A DNA stretch of 64,000 nucleotides from the NCBI GenBank assembly GCA_037968475.1, contig JBBKVO010000040.1, forward strand, positions 3,126 to 67,125. The letters run 5' to 3'. Made by a program: the position numbers and the translations under genes. This stretch comes from Bacteroidia bacterium (GTDB taxonomy: Bacteria > Bacteroidota > Bacteroidia > UBA8524). Shown piece after piece: positions 58,302-64,000 of the stretch. The notes under the pieces are model-generated. The model was not told the DNA's origin. It did not search any database and was given only the letters and a program-made list of their open reading frames with translations. The first letter of the stretch is position 1. The number at the start of each line of letters is the position of its first letter.

Positions 58302-58910
58302 TTAGAAAGAAACTCCCAAAGAAAGTCCTGCCTTTGGGTTAATGCTGCGTTTGTATGGGTTTACAACATCAAGGTTTATATTTTCTCCATTTCCACCTCC
58401 TATGGGTAGTGTTGGCCCTCCCCCTATAAAATAATCTATAAAAAAATTATCAATAATATAATTACGCATACCTACCATTAGTCCAAAACTTAAAGCACTC
58501 CCTCTCAAGGTTTCGTAATTTTTTAGTGTTGGGCTAATCTTATGATCAATTTTAATAGTTTTAAGAACAACAAAACCACCTACATAGTAACGTGCAGTTC
58601 TATCAATAGGCTTGGTAAATAATCGTTGAAACTCAAAACGTGCACCTTCCATATTTTTAAAATCATCGCCATAAGGAGTGGCATCTTCAGAAAAATAGTA
58701 GCCTGCATATCCTCTAGAAATGCGGGTGTTTTCTTTGTTCGTTACCCCATACCCCATTTCAAAACCGCCTACAAAAAAAGAAAAAGGGTTTAGCAATACC
58801 TCTTTATGGCTGTTGTTTAAAATAGAATCTTTTTGACGCTGTGCGCAGACACTAACAGAGGCAAATAAAAAAAATAGCGGAAAAATAATTCTGAAATGGC
58901 TCTTAATCAT
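58302..58910 (-). CDS. Small outer-membrane beta-barrel protein, paralog B
   Basis: Signal peptide, amphipathic strands, terminal GLSLGVSF. Confidence 0.75.
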   Translation of the reverse strand: MIKSHFRIIFPLFFLFASVSVCAQRQKDSILNNSHKEVLLNPFSFFVGGFEMGYGVTNKENTRISRGYAGYYFSEDATPYGDDFKNMEGARFEFQRLFTKPIDRTARYYVGGFVVLKTIKIDHKISPTLKNYETLRGSALSFGLMVGMRNYIIDNFFIDYFIGGGPTLPIGGGNGENINLDVVNPYKRSINPKAGLSLGVSF

Positions 58911-58943
58911 TTTGGTAATTTTTTATAAAGATAATAACTATCA

Positions 58944-59600
58944 CTAGAAAGCATAGCCTATTGTTACCCCTAGTCTTGGGTTTATACTTCTTTTATAGGG
59001 GTTTAATACATCCAAATGCACATCATCAATATTAGAACCACTAAATGGTATAGTAATACCGCCCCCAAGATAATAATCAACAAAAAAGTTATCCGTTAAA
59101 TAGGTTCTTAAACCCATTAATACCCCAAAACTTCCTGATGTTCCTTTAGCAGTATAGTTAACCGTTTGTGTAACTGTTGATGATGACTTATCAACCCTAG
59201 ATACATCCATACTAATGGTTTTAAATATAGCATAGGGGCCAAAGTATAACCTAATATCTCCATCGGTAGGTCTCATAAAAAGGTATTGTCCTTCAAGCCT
59301 GAAACCTTCCATATTTCTATAAGTAACGGTGGTAGTAGTATTTGTTGTGCCATTATTACCTTCTTCATCATTATAATAGCCTGGATTATCAGAATAGTAA
59401 TAGCCTGCAAAAATACGATGATTGCGTTGTTTTGCATTAATTTGACCATACCCTATCTCAAACCCTCCGACGAAAAATGGTAATGGATTTAGCAAAAATT
59501 CTTGCTTGTATGAGTTTCGTACGCTATCTCTTAAACGTTGTTGTCCGAACGAGGAGAAAACAACAGTAAATAAAATAGCAAAAAAGAGATACCTTTTCAT
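58944..59600 (-). CDS. Small outer-membrane beta-barrel protein, paralog A
   Basis: Shares LLNP..FFVGGFE.GYG, NMEG.R.E and LDV.NPYKRSINP with paralog B; terminal GVTIGYAF. Confidence 0.75.
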   Translation of the reverse strand: MKRYLFFAILFTVVFSSFGQQRLRDSVRNSYKQEFLLNPLPFFVGGFEIGYGQINAKQRNHRIFAGYYYSDNPGYYNDEEGNNGTTNTTTTVTYRNMEGFRLEGQYLFMRPTDGDIRLYFGPYAIFKTISMDVSRVDKSSSTVTQTVNYTAKGTSGSFGVLMGLRTYLTDNFFVDYYLGGGITIPFSGSNIDDVHLDVLNPYKRSINPRLGVTIGYAF

Positions 59601-59664
59601 AGTTTAATGTTTGGTTTTATAAATATACAATAAAACCAAACACTACCCCCAAGTATACGTTATT

Positions 59665-60762
59665 TTATTGTTGCAAAAATGGCATTTTGCGTACAGTGGC
59701 CTTGATGGCTTTATCACGAATATTGATAAAGATGTCGGTACCTGCTTTTGCAAATTCGGTTTTTACATAGCCCATGCCAATGGCTTTTGAAAGGCTTGGC
59801 GATTGTGTGCCCGATGTTACTTCGCCTATTTCGTTGCCTTGGGCATCTTGTATTTTATAGTGTTGGCGTGGTATACCTCTGTCTATCATTTCAAAACCAA
59901 CCAATTTTTTGGTAGCACCGTTTTCTTTAATGGCTTTGTGATAATCAGCTTTTATAAAGTCTTTAGTAAACTTGGTTATCCAGCCCAAACCTGCTTCTAT
60001 TGGCGAGGTCGTATCATCAATATCATTTCCGTACAAGCAAAAACCCATTTCAAGGCGAAGGGTATCGCGTGCGCCCAAACCTACGGGCATTATATCATAC
60101 TCTTTACCTGCTTCAAACAATGCTTTCCAAAGTTTTTCAGCATCATCATTCATCACGTATAATTCAAAACCACCTGCACCAGTATAGCCTGTGTTTGATA
60201 TAATAACGTCTTCTAGCCCTGCAACACTACCTACTTTAAAAGTATAGTAAGGCATTTCGGCAAGGTTGGTATCAGTTAGTTTTTGTATGGTGTGTATGGC
60301 ATTAGGACCTTGTACTGCCAATAGGCTATATTGGTCGCTAAGGTTTTGCATTTCTATACCAAAAGTATTTTGGCTGCTTATCCAGTTCCAGTCTTTTTCA
60401 ATATTACTGGCGTTTACTACAAGGTAGTACTCGTTTTCTTTAAAACGGTACACCAAAAGGTCATCAACAATACCTCCTTTATCGTTGGGCAGGCAACTGT
60501 ATTGTACTTTGCCATCCACCAGAGTTGCGGCATCGTTGCTGGTTACTTTTTGTATAAGGTCAAGTGCTTTTTCACCTTTCAAATAAAACTCGCCCATGTG
60601 CGATACATCAAACACACCTACCGATTTGCGCACTTGCAAATGCTCTTGTATAAGGTTGGTATACTGTACAGGCATATTATACCCTGCAAAGGGTACCATT
60701 TTAGCACCAAGCGAAATATGTAAATTGGTAAGGGCAGTGTTTTTAAGGGCTAGTGTATCCAT
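59665..60762 (-). CDS. gcvT: Glycine cleavage system aminomethyltransferase T
   Basis: [51 protein letters not shown]. Confidence 0.97.
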   Translation of the reverse strand: MDTLALKNTALTNLHISLGAKMVPFAGYNMPVQYTNLIQEHLQVRKSVGVFDVSHMGEFYLKGEKALDLIQKVTSNDAATLVDGKVQYSCLPNDKGGIVDDLLVYRFKENEYYLVVNASNIEKDWNWISSQNTFGIEMQNLSDQYSLLAVQGPNAIHTIQKLTDTNLAEMPYYTFKVGSVAGLEDVIISNTGYTGAGGFELYVMNDDAEKLWKALFEAGKEYDIMPVGLGARDTLRLEMGFCLYGNDIDDTTSPIEAGLGWITKFTKDFIKADYHKAIKENGATKKLVGFEMIDRGIPRQHYKIQDAQGNEIGEVTSGTQSPSLSKAIGMGYVKTEFAKAGTDIFINIRDKAIKATVRKMPFLQQ

Positions 60763-60870
60763 AGTGTGCGGTGTTTTTTATTGTAACTGTGGCGCGAAAA
60801 TAGCAAATTTATTTGGGCAATTGTTTAGACTGCCACACACAAGTAGGTTTATGAATAAAAAGGGAGTGGG

Positions 60871-61533
60871 CTATTGCGAAATATGGCCTGTCATATCAAA
60901 TTTTAGCCATTTTAGCTCATAGCCGTTTTTCTTGCTAAAAACAGCCTCAAATTTGTATAAGTACCCTGTGTCTATTGAAAAACTACCCCAAACACATAGT
61001 ACTTTGCGTTTATCTTTAAACTCTGAAAAATATATTGATTTAGAAAAGATAACATCCTCAATCAATACCCTTATCTCTTCTTTATCTTTATTGCTAAGTT
61101 CTTGTTTTACCTTTTTCTTTTTGGGCGATTTAACTTCTTTTTGAGGAACTGAGGAGGGCTTAACTGTATCAATAGCTGCTGTATCTGCAATGTGTAGCGA
61201 TGCTGTATCTAACTCTTGCATCAGCTTAACATTTAGTGCCATATCCTTACGTATCTCAAACTTAACAACGCTTGAATCGTAGCCGTCAGCCCAAATAATA
61301 AGATTGTTGGTGCCGGGTATCAGTTGTTCTATTTTGTATGTGCCTTTATCATTACTAACTGCTTTGTAGCTAGTGCCGGCTACAACAACGGTTGCGTTTT
61401 TTACAGGCAGTGCAGTAATAGAATCGTATACCTGCCCAGTGAGGGTATATTTTCGGCTTTGAGCGTGTAAGCTGTCAGGCAGTGCTAAAAGCAGCAACAC
61501 CATAAGTAAAACAGCATTTCCAAAATACTTCAT
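60871..61533 (-). CDS. Exported carboxypeptidase-regulatory-like domain protein
   Basis: Signal peptide, LTGQVYDS.T..PV..ATV......SNDKG.Y.I. Confidence 0.72.
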   Translation of the reverse strand: MKYFGNAVLLMVLLLLALPDSLHAQSRKYTLTGQVYDSITALPVKNATVVVAGTSYKAVSNDKGTYKIEQLIPGTNNLIIWADGYDSSVVKFEIRKDMALNVKLMQELDTASLHIADTAAIDTVKPSSVPQKEVKSPKKKKVKQELSNKDKEEIRVLIEDVIFSKSIYFSEFKDKRKVLCVWGSFSIDTGYLYKFEAVFSKKNGYELKWLKFDMTGHISQ

Positions 61534-61660
61534 TATCAACAAAGTTAAACAAACACAATAAAAAATGGGTGTTACTTATGCCGATTTTAATTAGGACACA
61601 ATTATTTATCCTATAAAGGGTTGATAAGCCCTTTTACGGGTGTCTTAAAATAGCGACGGG

Positions 61661-62857
61661 TTATTCGTCTGTTTCAGGCTCTTCGCGTTGCAATTGAGGG
61701 TTTACAGTAAAGTTAATACTGCTACTATTTTCAAGGTCAGACTTCAGCTTTAATGTCGAGCGATAATTACCATCGTAGTAAGCCACTTCGTAAGTATTGG
61801 GAGGTATACTACCCAAGTTTAAGGCGTGTATTACCAAGTTGTTTCCTCCGATAGGATTTAGGTCAACTGTAAAACAAGTTTCAGCACGACCTAATGATAC
61901 AGCCCTAGCTATCTCTACCCCATTTAGTTCTACTAAAATGCTATCACCATCAACCGTTTGGTCGTCTCTAAAACAAATATCAATACGAGCATTTTTTACT
62001 ACTATTTCTACAGGCATTTTTTTAATTCGCTGCGGAATGGTGGCGTAAGGGTCAAAAATAACAGGTTCTTTGTGTTTTTTGTGTTGGCGTTCTCTTTGTT
62101 TCACTTTTATACTGCCTGATGCAAAAAACCATTTTATATTAAGACGAAAGTGCGAACCGTTGGATAGTATTTTTATATAACTATCGGTTTGATAATTTAG
62201 GGCATAATAGCGGTGGTCTATAACATTTTTAAACCCGTGATGGTACTCAATACCATACGTAAAGGGGCCTTTTGATTGCAGGTAGGCAATTTCAGTTCCA
62301 ATAAAAACAGTAGGATAAAATGTAGGGTCTTTTTTAATATCTAAAACATCAAAGGTAAATTTAGGTACTGATGCAGCTCTATTTATAGCCGCGCCCACAT
62401 GGTTGCGCCACCGCCAATAGCTACCCAAACGTGAGGTATGAGTATAAAATAAAGGGATATTAATATTGCGATACATAACAATATAATCGTCGCTTTGGTC
62501 GCTGCGTATACCATATCCACGTGCACCAATTTCAAAACCTGTACTTATAGAGTGTTGGCGGGCTAAAATCAACTCAAAAAACAAGCTGTAATTAAACTTT
62601 CGGGCAAAATTTTGCAGCGGAGTATATTGTGGGTTGGGTCGTCCCCATAGTATCGAAAATAAAGGGTATAAATAGTGTGTGCCAGTAATATTTGGTGTTG
62701 CAGCAACAGTACTGCCATTCTCAAATCGTGCTCCTGTGCTCACACTGGGGCTAAGGCTAAAATGTAGGCGGTAATTGAGCAAACGATGCTGACTTTTAAG
62801 GCTTGTGGCCGAAAAAAGTAATAATAGCAGGGTAGTGTATAGTAAACGTTTGCGCAT
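61661..62857 (-). CDS. Putative outer-membrane beta-barrel protein with C-terminal soluble domain
   Basis: Signal peptide, strand patterns (INIPLFY, IEYHHG, FRLNIKWF), then a DDQTVDGDSI...ALNLGSIPPNT domain. Confidence 0.65.
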   Translation of the reverse strand: MRKRLLYTTLLLLLFSATSLKSQHRLLNYRLHFSLSPSVSTGARFENGSTVAATPNITGTHYLYPLFSILWGRPNPQYTPLQNFARKFNYSLFFELILARQHSISTGFEIGARGYGIRSDQSDDYIVMYRNINIPLFYTHTSRLGSYWRWRNHVGAAINRAASVPKFTFDVLDIKKDPTFYPTVFIGTEIAYLQSKGPFTYGIEYHHGFKNVIDHRYYALNYQTDSYIKILSNGSHFRLNIKWFFASGSIKVKQRERQHKKHKEPVIFDPYATIPQRIKKMPVEIVVKNARIDICFRDDQTVDGDSILVELNGVEIARAVSLGRAETCFTVDLNPIGGNNLVIHALNLGSIPPNTYEVAYYDGNYRSTLKLKSDLENSSSINFTVNPQLQREEPETDE

Positions 62858-62917
62858 ATTTACAGCTGTTGAAATAGTAAACGCAAATTAGCCAAAAAAG
62901 GTTGTAGTGCGACGCGA

Positions 62918-63019
62918 GTTTTAGGTTTTAGGTCTCTGGTTTTTTGTTTCCTATTTCCAGTCTTTAGTTTCCTATTTTTAGGCTTCAGTCTTTATACTTT
63001 ATACCTCTTACTCCGTACT
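62918..63019. repeat. Degenerate heptamer tandem tract
   Basis: TTTTAGG TTTTAGG TCTCTGG TTTTTTG TTTCCTA TTTCCAG TCTTTAG TTTCCTA ... 7-bp periodicity. Confidence 0.65.
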
Positions 63020-63029
63020 GTTCACGCCA

Positions 63030-64000
63030 CTAGCTAACGCCTAGTTTTTGAAGCTCAAACAATTCTTTATATAAACCTTCGGTGTGAAGTAACTCAGTAT
63101 GCGTGCCTACTTGCACTATGCGGCCTTTTTGTACCACCACAATTTTATCCGCATTTTTTATGGTGCTTAGTCGGTGGGCAATAACAATACTGGTGCGGTT
63201 TTGCATTAATCGGTTTAGGGCTTCTTGCACCAATTTTTCACTAGTAGTATCCAATGCACTGGTAGCCTCATCCAGTATCAAAATATCAGGATTTTTTAGT
63301 ACAGCGCGGGCAATGGCTATACGCTGGCGTTGACCCCCGCTAAGTTTGCCGCCACGTTCACCAATATTAGTTTGATAGCCTTTTTCAAGTTGGGCTATAA
63401 ATTCGTGGGCATTGGCTACACGCGCAGCATCTTCAACATCTTGTGCGCTAACGTGGTTGTTGCCAAAAGCAATGTTATTAAACAGTGTATCGTTAAACAA
63501 GATGGATTCTTGCGTAACAATGCCTATTATACTGCGTAGCGACGCCATTTTGTAATCGCGTATATCAATACCGTCAATGCTAATGCTGCCAGCCGTTACA
63601 TCATAAAAACGGGGGAGTAAATCGGCCAAAGTACTTTTACCTCCTCCCGATGGCCCCACAAGGGCTACCATTTCGCCTTTTTTTATACTGAGTGATACAT
63701 CGCTAAGCACATTCTCTTTGTCGTAGGCAAAGCTCACAGTGCTGTACTCAATGCTATTAGTAAATGCGTTTATTAGTTGCGCGTCTTTCTTTTCGGTTAT
63801 CTTTTCATCTATCACAAAAACCTCTTCTAAGCGGTCTTTGGCCGCAAGCCCTTTTTGCACGCTATAAAAAGCTGATGAAAACGATTTTGCAGGAGCTATA
63901 AGCATACCAAACAGCATAAGGTAAAGTATAAATCCTGAGCCATCAAGCCCTGCATTTTGACTAAACACAAGCGTACCACCAATAAATAATATTAGTGCGG
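63030..64000 (-). CDS. MsbA-like ABC exporter (5' part outside window)
   Basis: GPSGGGKST, LSGGQRQRIAIARA, ILDEATSALD, AHRLST. The frame is open to the window end. Confidence 0.92.
   Translation of the reverse strand, partial: ALILFIGGTLVFSQNAGLDGSGFILYLMLFGMLIAPAKSFSSAFYSVQKGLAAKDRLEEVFVIDEKITEKKDAQLINAFTNSIEYSTVSFAYDKENVLSDVSLSIKKGEMVALVGPSGGGKSTLADLLPRFYDVTAGSISIDGIDIRDYKMASLRSIIGIVTQESILFNDTLFNNIAFGNNHVSAQDVEDAARVANAHEFIAQLEKGYQTNIGERGGKLSGGQRQRIAIARAVLKNPDILILDEATSALDTTSEKLVQEALNRLMQNRTSIVIAHRLSTIKNADKIVVVQKGRIVQVGTHTELLHTEGLYKELFELQKLGVS

Noticed and set aside
1-64000. tRNA, rRNA, prophage or IS transposase
   Set aside because: None recognised by eye. Intergenic structure is explained by terminators and palindromic repeats; an Infernal/tRNAscan run would be needed to exclude small RNAs.

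Overview
AT-rich Bacteroidota chromosome segment, identified by TAnnTTTG -7 promoter boxes, T9SS C-terminal sorting domains and Bacteroidota-type purF/rho. It is mostly housekeeping genes (pdhC, rho, rnhB, dgkA, ribH, pdhA, can/SulP, wzx-wzz-ligase, aroQ, purF, carotenoid genes, gatA, tatA, metF, rsgA, purL, icd, rlmD, gcvT, MsbA-like ABC). Accessory islets include three tandem Cys-rich lipoproteins, three T9SS cargo proteins, an ECF sigma with a dual-membrane-spanning anti-sigma-like partner and PKD genes, a signal-less MACPF protein, a stand-alone Type IIG-like restriction-modification gene and two AT-rich orphan ORFs. No tRNA, rRNA, CRISPR array, integrase or transposase was recognised. The most unusual signals are non-coding. 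(i) A 47-bp double-hairpin repeat occurs 5 times, always in the same orientation and always just past the stop of a minus-strand gene. At 51.6-53.5 kb it punctuates what looks like a two-unit orphan (immunity-like) cassette array that also duplicates the 3' end of the neighbouring gene. (ii) Some palindromes have a shared core but locus-specific perfect arms that mirror the last codons of host genes. (iii) Composite REP/MITE-like elements flank the RM gene as direct repeats. All calls come from manual reading; no database searches were run.
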